Source: Candidatus Bathyarchaeia archaeon
GTDB lineage: Archaea; Thermoproteota; Bathyarchaeia; Bathyarchaeales; Bathycorpusculaceae
Length of the DNA: 64,000 nt
Assembly (NCBI GenBank): GCA_049516875.1
Contig: JBEKSS010000003.1
Location: 32,001 to 96,000, forward strand
Direction: 5' to 3'
The notes under the pieces were generated by a model that was given only the letters and a program-made list of their open reading frames with translations, made no database searches and had not been told where the DNA came from. Below are positions 9,599 to 19,203 of the stretch, piece by piece. The first letter of the stretch is position 1. The number at the start of each line of letters is the position of its first letter. The position numbers and the translations under genes are program-made.

Positions 9599-10483
9599 AT
9601 GCCATCCGAACAAGCTCTTCAAGGAAAAATCAAGGAAGTCGAAGAAATAACTGACCTGGTAAAGAAATATAAGGTCGTAGGCATTGCCAGCCTGCAGAAG
9701 GTCAGGGCAGCTCAAATGCAGGAATTCAAGAAGAACTTGGCGGACAAGGTCTACATGAGAGTCATGAAGAATACATTGATGAAACTGGCGATAGAAAACT
9801 GTAAGGAGAAGCCAGACCTGAAGAAACTTGAAGAGCACCTTCAGGGGGCGAATGTTTACATATTCACGGATGAGGATCCGTTCAAACTGGCCCTAATCCT
9901 GGAAAGAGGGAAGGTCAAAACAACGGCTAAGTCAGGGGACACAGCAGCCTTCGACGTCGTCGTCCCGGCAGGGAACACCGGCCAACCTCCCGGACCTATA
10001 ATCAGTCAGCTGAACGCTGTGGGTTTGCCGACGAGAATCGAATCCGGAAGCGTCTGGATCAACAAGGACACGTTGGTTGTCAAGAAGGGTGAAGCAATCA
10101 ACGAAAGACTCGCCAGCATGTTGTCAAAACTTGGAATCAAACCTGTTGAATCTGGCCTTGCAATGACCTACGTGTTCGAAGAGGGCCTGATCATAAATCA
10201 AGAACAGCTTAAACTCGACCTGGATGGAATAAAACATGACATTGAAAGAGCCTACGCAGATTCTCTTGCGCTGTCTCTGAGCGCCGCTTATCCAACAAAA
10301 GAAAACATGACAATGCTACTGCAAATAGCCCACAGAGAAGCATACGCGCTTTCAGTAAACGCGGCAATACCCACTAAGGAGACGATAGAGGACTTGGTTA
10401 GAAAGGCCCATGCTGAAATGTTAAGTTTAAGTAGTAGATTGCCCACCTTAGAGCAAAAGGTTACGCCAACTGAAAAAAGTTAA
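9599..10483 (+). CDS. rpl10: 50S ribosomal protein L10/P0
   Basis: KNTLM and AGNTGQPPGP motifs; operon position. Confidence 0.96.
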   Translation: MPSEQALQGKIKEVEEITDLVKKYKVVGIASLQKVRAAQMQEFKKNLADKVYMRVMKNTLMKLAIENCKEKPDLKKLEEHLQGANVYIFTDEDPFKLALILERGKVKTTAKSGDTAAFDVVVPAGNTGQPPGPIISQLNAVGLPTRIESGSVWINKDTLVVKKGEAINERLASMLSKLGIKPVESGLAMTYVFEEGLIINQEQLKLDLDGIKHDIERAYADSLALSLSAAYPTKENMTMLLQIAHREAYALSVNAAIPTKETIEDLVRKAHAEMLSLSSRLPTLEQKVTPTEKS

Positions 10484-10510
10484 AATAGTTGAGGTGAGAG
10501 GTGAAAAAAT

Positions 10511-10819
10511 ATGGAATACATCTACGCTGCAATGCTCCTTCACAAAGCAGGTAAAGAGATAAACGAAGCAAATCTGACACAAGTTCTTGCGGCAGCAGGC
10601 GTAAACGCCGACACAGTACGCGTCAAAGCACTCGTAGCTTCCCTAGCTGAAGTCAAAATCGACGAAGCGATCAAGTCTGCCCCAACGATGATGGCCGCAC
10701 CAGCAGCAGCAGCCCCAGCAACACCAGCAGTAGAAGCCAAACCAAAAGAAGAAAAGAAGGAAGACGAGAAACAGAAAGAAGAAGCAGCACTCGAAGGCTT
10801 AGGCGCATTATTCGGTTAA
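10511..10819 (+). CDS. rpl12: 50S ribosomal protein L12/P1
   Basis: [11 protein letters not shown] start, Ala-rich hinge, C-terminal GLGALFG. Confidence 0.97.
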   Translation: MEYIYAAMLLHKAGKEINEANLTQVLAAAGVNADTVRVKALVASLAEVKIDEAIKSAPTMMAAPAAAAPATPAVEAKPKEEKKEDEKQKEEAALEGLGALFG

Positions 10820-10904
10820 AACCTCTCTTCATTCAATTTTCTAGATCACATTAATAACAAGAGTTTACTAGCTCATACTCCAACATCTTCTAAGGCGATC
10901 AGTC

Positions 10905-11870
10905 TTGAAAGCTACAGCCGTAGCGCACCCAATACAGGGACTGATAAAATATCATGGATTAAAGAATTCTAAGCAAAGAATCCCGTACCACGACAGCATA
11001 TCCGCATGCATCCAAGCCTTATCCACCACAACAACCGTTGAGACGATACGAGAATCAAAGAAAAACGAAATAACAATCAACGGGAGACAACCAGATACCA
11101 CCGAAAGGAAACGAGTCGAAACCGTTCTTAACAAGCTCAAGGAGCTGGCAGAGTTCTCAGGTAGCTTCAAAGTCGTCTCTCAAAATAGTCTTGAAACAGG
11201 CAAGGGCTTGGGATTTTCAGCCTCCGGTTTTGCAGCTATGGGCTTGGCCACAAAGGAAGCGCTTGTTCTTAATCTCGACGGTGTTTCGCTCTCAGGAATC
11301 GTCAGACTCGGAGCGGGTTCTGCCACAAGGAGTTTGGCAGGAGGCTTCGCAGTATGGTATGCCAACAGGAACAGCAGATCCTACGCTGAGCAGCTGGAGA
11401 CGCCAAGAAACATGGATTTTTCAATGGTAATCGTGCCCGTGCACTCCGACGTGAAGACTGACGAAGCACACGCCGAAGTGCTCAGTTCATGCCTTTTCAA
11501 AGCACGACTGAGGAACATTCGTGGATTGCTTGAAACGATGAAAGAGGCCATCAACAACGGAGACACTGCAACGATAGGCAAGCTTGCTGAAGAGGACACA
11601 CTAAATCTTCACGCGATAACGATGACAGGCAAATCGCACATGGTATTGTGGGAACCAGATACGGTCCGAATAATTAAGGAAATCATCCGAATGAGAGAAG
11701 AGGGAACGCCAGCGTGGTACTCGATGGACACTGGACCATCAGTCTTCATCAACACCTACAAGAGGACCACAGCGAAAATAGCCGAGCGATTCCAAGAAAT
11801 GGGATTTGCGAATGTATTAGTGAGCACGGTTGGCGAAAAGCCATTTCTAACCGGAAACCATCTTTTCTAA
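10905..11870 (+). CDS. mvaD: (Di)phosphomevalonate decarboxylase, GHMP superfamily
   Basis: AHPIQGLIKYHG, KGLGFSASGFAA, RLGAGSATRS and MDTGP motifs. Confidence 0.88.
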   Translation: MKATAVAHPIQGLIKYHGLKNSKQRIPYHDSISACIQALSTTTTVETIRESKKNEITINGRQPDTTERKRVETVLNKLKELAEFSGSFKVVSQNSLETGKGLGFSASGFAAMGLATKEALVLNLDGVSLSGIVRLGAGSATRSLAGGFAVWYANRNSRSYAEQLETPRNMDFSMVIVPVHSDVKTDEAHAEVLSSCLFKARLRNIRGLLETMKEAINNGDTATIGKLAEEDTLNLHAITMTGKSHMVLWEPDTVRIIKEIIRMREEGTPAWYSMDTGPSVFINTYKRTTAKIAERFQEMGFANVLVSTVGEKPFLTGNHLF

Positions 11871-13238
11871 GTTCGCGCCTTTGGTCTTTCTCCAGTTTCT
11901 CAGAGTCTTGATAAGTACGAACGGTACCCAACCGCAGATAATCATCAAGGTGCCAGGAAAAGCTCCAATACTGAAGGTCAGAATGAAGGCCTCGAAAATG
12001 GAGAACGATACGGTCATTCCCACAACCGATGCTATCGCCAATCGTTTCCCGTATTTCTTGAATGTCTGAATGGCAAGCAAACCTGCAAAGAAAAAGTCTC
12101 CCAGGCCCAAGCTCAGTATTAGAAGGCCAGTTCCAGTCCTAATCAATGGAACAAGCGGCAAAGAAACCAGCACAGGAAGACTCAGACTCACAGCAGCGTT
12201 TGCGGCCTGAACCATTGTTTTCGTTACTAAGACAAGAACTATGTCCATGCCCGTTATCAGGACGCCAAAAACTGCGGTAGTTTTCCAGTTAAACAAACTT
12301 GCTAGGTAAAGAGTGATCAAGATAGCGAAAACAAGACCGTAAACGTTAGACAGGTAATAAGTCCAGAGAAAACTGTCCCTCAAGAATACATATAACAGAA
12401 TGAAAACCGCCGGCGGTATGACGCCTACGTACCAACGCTTGTTGGACAGCAGATAACTAAACGTGTACAGTAGCAGGGAGTAAGAGAACAGGAAGAGCAC
12501 CATCAGAATTACGCTGAGCTGCCGAACGATGACTATGAGTGTGATCATGACCGCCATCAAGCCAACAAGCAAAACGGCATCCCGAACCCGAAACTCTGTC
12601 TCTTCAAACACTCCTTTGAGTTTGTTCTCTGTCTTCAAATTTAGAAACATAGAGGCGAATGTTACAGCAAGAAGAGTCAGAGGCATGGTTAGGTCAAAAT
12701 TAAATTTGTTGTTGAAATACCCGTCATAGGCCGTATACTGCAGATATGTTCCCGCAGAATCGTACAGAAAAGCGTCGATGTGAAGACTCGTCTCACCCGT
12801 ACCCTTAACTTGAAACGTCAACGTGACCAAAGTTCCGTTGCTGTCGACTGTAGCGTTTGGAGAAGTGAAGTTTATCGAAGCATAGACGTTACCCGCAGTG
12901 TTGTCTTTGACGAAGTCCGTAATGCCGAAGCCTTTGAACAAATCACCCTCTCCAACCGTTGCGCAATTGATCAAATTAGGATCGTAGCCCAATCTCATTG
13001 TGAACCCGTGAAGGTTGATTGTCCCCAAGGCGGTGATATTAACATTGACAGTAAACTTATCGCCAGAAACTGCCGAGTAGTTCATGATCACCAAAGGCCT
13101 CACAACCAAGGCTATCTCGTTGGTTTCGTCATCTGTTTCAGCTACTGCAAAGGCCGGCTTAACGGCTGACACCGTTAAGAAAAGGACAGCCATCAACAGG
13201 ATTATTGCAAAAACTGCGAGCTTCTTATCTTCCGGCAT
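11847..13238 (-). CDS. Cohesin-like domain fused to presenilin/signal-peptide-peptidase (GxGD, A22) intramembrane aspartyl protease
   Basis: Signal peptide; cohesin-like GDKFTVNVNI...YDPNLI...EGDLF...GTLVTLTFQVK; multiple TM helices with MD332...TKTM, LGLGD381 and a PAL-like PGT motif. Confidence 0.8.
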   Translation of the reverse strand: MPEDKKLAVFAIILLMAVLFLTVSAVKPAFAVAETDDETNEIALVVRPLVIMNYSAVSGDKFTVNVNITALGTINLHGFTMRLGYDPNLINCATVGEGDLFKGFGITDFVKDNTAGNVYASINFTSPNATVDSNGTLVTLTFQVKGTGETSLHIDAFLYDSAGTYLQYTAYDGYFNNKFNFDLTMPLTLLAVTFASMFLNLKTENKLKGVFEETEFRVRDAVLLVGLMAVMITLIVIVRQLSVILMVLFLFSYSLLLYTFSYLLSNKRWYVGVIPPAVFILLYVFLRDSFLWTYYLSNVYGLVFAILITLYLASLFNWKTTAVFGVLITGMDIVLVLVTKTMVQAANAAVSLSLPVLVSLPLVPLIRTGTGLLILSLGLGDFFFAGLLAIQTFKKYGKRLAIASVVGMTVSFSIFEAFILTFSIGAFPGTLMIICGWVPFVLIKTLRNWRKTKGANLEKMVSG

Positions 13239-13496
13239 TTATCTAGCACTCATCCATTTCACGAAGACCTACTCTATTAGAGTCGACATCAGATGCTAAA
13301 TGCATACGGGCACATACGTACAACGCACATTTATCTCTTTATCTAGAAGAGCACCACCTTGGACTTTCAATCAGGGGTCTTGCAGGAAAGCGACGTAATC
13401 CAACATTCCCTAAAAACGGTCTTCGAGAACTGAACTTGAGAATCATCAACTTTCTAAATCTCGCCTACGAAAGTTATGTTTGGCGCACTTAACATA

Positions 13497-13997
13497 TCAT
13501 GATTCTTGAGAACTTGAAGACGCCGAGCTCTTGTTGATCTCTTCAACGAATTTGCCAACCTTTGAACTGTACTGGCCAATCATCACTTCCTCTTTTCGTA
13601 AGAGCAAGAGTAGCGACTGGCGGGCGACCTGGAACTTCAGCCATGTACGCGAACACCTTTTCGCTCCCAGTCCCGTCGCCTGTTAGGAAAAAAGCAACTT
13701 TCCTGAAGCGATATTTTCTGGAAAAGATAGTTCTGACGGGAGTAGACATCTTCGTAGCGCAGACAGGTGTACCGATCGCAACGACATCGTAAATGGCAGG
13801 ATCTTTCTCTGCCTTCTTTATCACGTCAGCCGCTTGAAAGTGGCATCCACTCAGGACCTTAAGTAACCGAAAACGCCCATTCTGTTCCTCGTGTCAAAAA
13901 TCTCTTCGACATCGCACCGAAGAACCCGCGAAATCGTTTCAACAGCTTGTCTCGTGGTTCCCGTTCGGGAATAAAAACAAAAAACGCTTCACTTCAA
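13497..13997 (-). pseudogene. Degraded flavodoxin-family gene
   Basis: FYSRTGTTR N-terminal FMN loop; in-frame TGA at 13851-13853; frameshift into YDVVAIGTPV...STPVRT...KVAFF; second frameshift before KEEVMIGQYSSKVGKFVEEI. Confidence 0.8.
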
Positions 13998-14056
13998 CAA
14001 ACCACAATCTAGTTCTATTCACTCCGTGAATAACCTTTCCTTACCGAAAAGAGAGT

Positions 14057-14917
14057 TTACCATTCTAACGCAAGAATGATGTTAAAGATCGCTAAAGAAG
14101 CGATAAGCGCCTCTTCGGTCCTGACAGTCTCCGTTCCCTGCATTGGAACAGTGTTAACCACAAAATCCACAAGCTCACTCAACTGGCGACCCTCACGCCC
14201 AACTATATCGCCCAATCCTTGGCTTGGTGCCCCAAAAGCCACAAGAACCCTGTTTGCTGCTTTCCATTTTTCAACAATCTCTCCAGCCACATCGGCAAAA
14301 GGCAAACCGTACCTGGAAGTGGCAACGATTAGATCAATACCGCCCTCCTTCAGGAAACTTGCGAACGGACGCTTTTCGACAGTGACAGTGTAACCCCAGT
14401 ACGAGGGTGCTTCATCTCGATTAACTAGCTCGACCTCGACAAGCTTTCCAACTTTGACAACCTTGACAGTGACCCGTTTACCTACGGCTAAACCTTTGCC
14501 TCGAATCAGTGCCGGCTGTTCCACACCAATGTCCACGAAAGTTTGCCTATCTGTTCTGGATAATGTGACAGCTTCGCGAAACTCGCCAACTTTCAATTCC
14601 TTCATTTGGCGGTTCAGAGGATGGTGCGGTGTCCGCAGAGGCGGCAGTATGCCAGCGTACTGCAAATCCGGGTTCAACTTGAACAGTCTCTTCCGAAGAT
14701 ACTGCGGTGTTTCCAGATAGCTCAGCAGCGTCGAAACCAGAGTCATCTCAGGCTTCTGACTGCCGTTAGGAACGTCTGGGAAGATTACGATTTCATCAAC
14801 TTTGAAAATAGCAGCCGTTCTGCCTATCAAGCCTATCTTGGAAGTCTTTTCACGCAAGTGCGGCGTGTCAGACACGACAGAGGCAGGTATTGCTATGCAA
14901 AGTCTCTTCCTCACCAA
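14057..14917 (-). CDS. SPOUT-class RNA methyltransferase (DUF171/C9orf114 family)
   Basis: YLETPQYLRK, GILPPLRTPHH and QGTETVRTEEA motifs. Confidence 0.9.
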   Translation of the reverse strand: MVRKRLCIAIPASVVSDTPHLREKTSKIGLIGRTAAIFKVDEIVIFPDVPNGSQKPEMTLVSTLLSYLETPQYLRKRLFKLNPDLQYAGILPPLRTPHHPLNRQMKELKVGEFREAVTLSRTDRQTFVDIGVEQPALIRGKGLAVGKRVTVKVVKVGKLVEVELVNRDEAPSYWGYTVTVEKRPFASFLKEGGIDLIVATSRYGLPFADVAGEIVEKWKAANRVLVAFGAPSQGLGDIVGREGRQLSELVDFVVNTVPMQGTETVRTEEALIASLAIFNIILALEW

Positions 14918-15020
14918 CTCAGCCTTCCGCCTTGTTTTTCGCCAACACTATTATGGGGCAATCTGTTTAAAAACTCAAAGCGTCACATTGTTTTCAGAAC
15001 AAGAAAGGAGAACGAAGAGG

Positions 15021-16133
15021 ATGACAAAACTGGAAATTGTTGATGATCCTAACGAGACTAGAAGAATCGACAAGAGCAACATGCTTTCCTTCTGTGTTGA
15101 AGCCCCCAAACATTACGCACAAGCCGCAAAACTCGCCAAAACCCTTCCAGTCAATTACCCTAAACCTAACACGATTGTCGTTGCAGGCATGGGAGGCTCC
15201 GGCATCGGCGGCGAACTTCTAAAAGACTGGACAAGAGACAGAATCACCGTTCCCATCGAAGTGTGCAAGGAATACTCACTACCCGCATACGCACACAAAA
15301 ACACCCTGGTGTTCGTCGTCAGTTACTCCGGAGAAACTGAGGAAACCCTCAGCGTCTTCCGTGACGCCATCAAAAGAAAATGCATGATTATCTGCATAAG
15401 CTCGGGTGGAAACCTGCACGAGTTTGCTGAAAAACTAGGCTTCCCGCACCTGCTCGTCCCCTCAGGAATGGCGCCCCGTGCAACCCTTCCATACCTTTTC
15501 ATGCCCTTGATTACCACACTGGAAAAAATGGGTTTAGTTTCAGGCGTTGATGAAGAGGTTTCGGAAACCACCAAAGTATTGGAGCAAGTCAGCGCGGATA
15601 ACTCTCCTGAAAAACCACTGAGCCGCAACTTCTCAAAGAAGCTAGCTGAGAACATTAACGGAACTGTTCCGGCAGTTTATGGTTTCGGGTTCCATCGAAC
15701 TGTGGCTCAACGGCTTAAGACGCAGTTCAACGAGAACAGCAAGAACCCGGCAAAATGGGAAGTCTTTCCAGAACTCAACCACAACGAGATTGTAGGCTGG
15801 GAAGAAGCGAAGGAATTCGCAGAGTGGTTCTCTGTAATCTTTGTCCGCGACGCCGAAGAACCGGCTGAAATACGCAAGAGAATCGAGGCAACAAAAGAAT
15901 TAATGAACCGACAGATTAAAAAGCTCTTTGAAGTTCACAGCCGTGGAACGAGCCGCCTAGCGAAGATGGCGTCCGTCATTTGCACCGGAGATTTCACAAG
16001 CGTGTATTTGGCCATCCTGCGCGGCATAGACCCGACGCCCGTGAAGACAATAGCCCTGTTGAAAGATGAGCTAAAACAAGGTGGCGCGAAAGAAAAAGTG
16101 TTGCGTGAACTGCAAAGCCTTGCCGTGAAATAA
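15021..16133 (+). CDS. Bifunctional phosphoglucose/phosphomannose isomerase
   Basis: GMGGSGIGG, SYSGETEET, QFNENSK and PELNHNE motifs; ATG at 15021 after GAGG. Confidence 0.92.
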   Translation: MTKLEIVDDPNETRRIDKSNMLSFCVEAPKHYAQAAKLAKTLPVNYPKPNTIVVAGMGGSGIGGELLKDWTRDRITVPIEVCKEYSLPAYAHKNTLVFVVSYSGETEETLSVFRDAIKRKCMIICISSGGNLHEFAEKLGFPHLLVPSGMAPRATLPYLFMPLITTLEKMGLVSGVDEEVSETTKVLEQVSADNSPEKPLSRNFSKKLAENINGTVPAVYGFGFHRTVAQRLKTQFNENSKNPAKWEVFPELNHNEIVGWEEAKEFAEWFSVIFVRDAEEPAEIRKRIEATKELMNRQIKKLFEVHSRGTSRLAKMASVICTGDFTSVYLAILRGIDPTPVKTIALLKDELKQGGAKEKVLRELQSLAVK

Positions 16134-16142
16134 GGGGTCTGT

Positions 16143-17201
16143 TCACTCTTCCTCGGTGACAAATTGAGCGAACATTTTTTCCGCGGCCTCAAGCGCCACT
16201 AACTGAGGCGGATGCTTGAAGCCATAGGCGCAGATCGGCCTTACAGCTCCTTTCATTTTTCTTTCCAGAGCCAGTTTCGTCGCCCTCACCACGTCAAACA
16301 GAACAGAACCGGCATTCGGTGCGTCAACGGTTGAAAGTTTCAGATCTATTTGTATCGGCACATTGCAGAAGTGCACGCCCCTAATCCAGAAGTAACTGTC
16401 ACGCTTGTTCTGCAGGAAATCCACGTAATCCGTGGAACCAGCGACAACAGAAGCCGCGTAAGGCAACGCTGCTTCAACAGATTTAGTCTTGATGGCACGT
16501 TTAACGTCTCTCGTCCGATCCAGAGTATCCAAGGACTCTGTGCCCCCACCAACATCAAGCTGATAAGTTTCAGTAATATGGACACCGTTCATCGACAGAA
16601 GCTGCAACAATGTCTTATGTAATGTGGTCGAGCCGACCTGATCAATCAAGTCATCTCCAACAACCGGCAGTTCAGCTGCCTCGAATTTCTGAGCCCACGC
16701 AGCGTCGCTGGCGATGAAGCTGGGGGCCGCGTTCACGAAGGCACAGCCTGAAACAAGAGCTTGTTCAGCATACCACTGCGAAGCCTTCACTGCTCCGCTT
16801 GGAAGCAGATTGAGGACAATCTCAGCGTTGCTCTCCTTCAAAACCATTGCAACGTTTGCTTCGGGGTGATCGCTTATTTGAACAACGTGCCTGGTGTACT
16901 CGCCCAGCCCGTCTAAAATAGGGCCCCTATGCACTACGACATTGGACAGTGACACGTCAGCTAGTTTTGAAACATTGTTGGGTTCTGCAAGGATGGCTTC
17001 AGATAAGTCTTTTCCAACTTTTCGGTCGTCTATGTCGAACGCCGCAACGACTTCAATGTCCTTCGGATGAAAGCTCCCGAGCACGGGGTTCCGTAGGCCG
17101 ACACTTTCATTTTCGCTGTTCGCACCATAGTACTGCAAGCCTTGAACGAGGGCAGATGCACAGTTTCCTACACCAACCAATGCGACCTTGATTTTCGGCA
17201 A
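16143..17201 (-). CDS. ino1: Myo-inositol-1-phosphate synthase-like protein
   Basis: GVGNCASALVQG, VAAFDID, GDD..QVG and D.PN.G motifs; several active-site positions diverge. Confidence 0.8.
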   Translation of the reverse strand: MPKIKVALVGVGNCASALVQGLQYYGANSENESVGLRNPVLGSFHPKDIEVVAAFDIDDRKVGKDLSEAILAEPNNVSKLADVSLSNVVVHRGPILDGLGEYTRHVVQISDHPEANVAMVLKESNAEIVLNLLPSGAVKASQWYAEQALVSGCAFVNAAPSFIASDAAWAQKFEAAELPVVGDDLIDQVGSTTLHKTLLQLLSMNGVHITETYQLDVGGGTESLDTLDRTRDVKRAIKTKSVEAALPYAASVVAGSTDYVDFLQNKRDSYFWIRGVHFCNVPIQIDLKLSTVDAPNAGSVLFDVVRATKLALERKMKGAVRPICAYGFKHPPQLVALEAAEKMFAQFVTEEE

Positions 17202-17379
17202 GTTGTGACACCTTGTTTTGCAGTTCTTATTTAGCCGGTGACTTAAAAAATGCTACGCTATCGACTGTGCAGATTAGAGGTTTCAGGAACCGAAACTTGA
17301 AGGCTTGGGACACGTTCCGGGATTGTTCTAGTAAGCTTAAAGTCTTCGAGACGTTTAGTCTAGAACAGGCTGAACAGAA

Positions 17380-19137
17380 ATGACGGATGAAACCAAAACC
17401 CTTGACAAATTCACGGTTATAAATGAATTGGCTCGTCGGAGAGGCTTTTTCTGGCAGTCTTATGAGATCTACGGCGGCGCAAGCGGCTTCGCAACCTACG
17501 GTTATTTAGGGACAAGAGTGAAACAGAACATCGAAAGAAAGCTCAGAGAACTCTTCGTTTACAAGCTCGGAATCATGGAGATTGAGTCTCCTATAATCAC
17601 TCCTGAAAGGGTTTTCGAGGCTTCAGGTCACATTGAGCATTTCAAAGAACCTATGGTTGAGTGTTCCAAATGTAAAAAGAGATTTCGTGCTGATCACTTG
17701 CTTCGTGACTTTGCAAAAATAGGCGAGTCAGAAGCTGAAAAACTGAGCTTGGCTGAACTGAAAGAGGCGATTGAGAAGCAGAATATTCGCTGTCCAGAGT
17801 GTGACGGAACCTTCAATGAGCCCAAGTTGTTTCTAACAATGTTCAAAACGACCATAGGTCCCTATTCAGACGCGGTGGGTTACGGAAGGCCGGAAGCCGC
17901 GCAAGGTATATTTGTAGAGTTCAAGCGGCTCTATGAAATGGCGCGTGAGAAGCTTCCCTTTGGCGCAATGCAGATAGGTAGGGCGTTGAGGAATGAGATT
18001 TCACCGCGACAAGGCTTAGTACGGTTAAGGGAATTCACCATCGGCGACTTGGAATTCTTCTTCGACCCAGAGGAGCCGAACTGCTACCTACTCAAAGATG
18101 TAGAAAATGAAGCACTTCGACTCCTTCTGGCAAAGGAGAGACTGGAAGGCTCAGAGGAAATCACTGAAGTAACTGTGAAAGAAGCACTGGAAAAGGACTA
18201 CATCAGGTCTGAGTGGCAAGCAGTCTTCATGGCACTGGAAAAGAAGTTGCTTGTCGACCTGGGTGTCCCAGCTGAAAAACAGCGTTTCATTGAAAAGCAT
18301 CCGTGGGAAAGAGCTCACTACTCATCACAAACCTTCGACCAAGAGGTTCTTGTTGAACGATGGAGTTGGCTCGAAGTAAACGCGTGTGCCTGCCGAACAG
18401 ACTACGATCTGAAACGACACTCGGAATTCAGCGGCCAAGACATGCACGTCTTCAAAGAATATGAAAAACCCATTGAGAAAGAACAAATAACCATTAAACC
18501 TGTCATGGCCAAGCTGGGACCTGCCTTTAAGAAAGAAGCTGCAAAAGTCGCTGAAATGCTTTCCAAGACAAACCCAGAAGAGGTAGAAAAGATCTTGAAG
18601 GAAAACGGTTACTTTACGCTTGACAAGTACAGAATTCTGTCAGAACACGTGGACATCAAACATGAGAAAACCCTTGAACGCGGAAGACACTTTATACCCT
18701 ACGACGTCGAACCGACCTTCGGCTCCGACCGACTTTTCTATGTAGCTTTCGAATATGCCTATCGCGTCAAAGATGACAGAACATTTCTAAGCTTCCCGAG
18801 AGACATTGCTCCCATACAAGTCGGCATATACCCCCTCGTAAGCAAGGACGGACTGCCTGGAAAAGCATTGGAACTACACAAAATGCTGCTCAACGAGGGT
18901 TTCGTGGCTGAGTACGATGAAGCTGGATCTATCGGCAGGCGATATGCGCGTGCAGACGAAGTTGGCATTCCCCTTGGCATTACAGTTGACTACGATACTC
19001 TCAAAGATGAGACTGTCACAATCCGCGACAGAGACACCTGGAAGCAAGTCAGAAACCGAATCGGAGAATTACCTGAGCTTCTGCGCAAGTATTTCCGATG
19101 GAAAATCAACTTTGAAGAGCTAGGCACTCCAATTTGA
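17380..19137 (+). CDS. glyS: Glycyl-tRNA synthetase (alpha2 type)
   Basis: LARRRGFF, RPEAAQG, RNEISPRQG and SIGRRYARADE motifs. Confidence 0.97.
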   Translation: MTDETKTLDKFTVINELARRRGFFWQSYEIYGGASGFATYGYLGTRVKQNIERKLRELFVYKLGIMEIESPIITPERVFEASGHIEHFKEPMVECSKCKKRFRADHLLRDFAKIGESEAEKLSLAELKEAIEKQNIRCPECDGTFNEPKLFLTMFKTTIGPYSDAVGYGRPEAAQGIFVEFKRLYEMAREKLPFGAMQIGRALRNEISPRQGLVRLREFTIGDLEFFFDPEEPNCYLLKDVENEALRLLLAKERLEGSEEITEVTVKEALEKDYIRSEWQAVFMALEKKLLVDLGVPAEKQRFIEKHPWERAHYSSQTFDQEVLVERWSWLEVNACACRTDYDLKRHSEFSGQDMHVFKEYEKPIEKEQITIKPVMAKLGPAFKKEAAKVAEMLSKTNPEEVEKILKENGYFTLDKYRILSEHVDIKHEKTLERGRHFIPYDVEPTFGSDRLFYVAFEYAYRVKDDRTFLSFPRDIAPIQVGIYPLVSKDGLPGKALELHKMLLNEGFVAEYDEAGSIGRRYARADEVGIPLGITVDYDTLKDETVTIRDRDTWKQVRNRIGELPELLRKYFRWKINFEELGTPI

Positions 19138-19203
19138 ATGCCGAAGTTTTCGTTACCTTTTTTAACACTCAGACATATGTAGAGGCAGGGAAAACAGCCC
19201 TTT

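Noticed and set aside
13851-13853. In-frame TGA as possible selenocysteine recoding
   Set aside because: The position corresponds to Gly rather than Cys in flavodoxins, and additional frameshifts indicate a pseudogene
14802-15020. Apparent N-terminal extensions of PGI/PMI (also SHMT, Rpo4, aIF5A, L11)
   Set aside because: They result from longest-ORF calling; downstream starts match family N-termini and mostly avoid overlapping neighbouring genes
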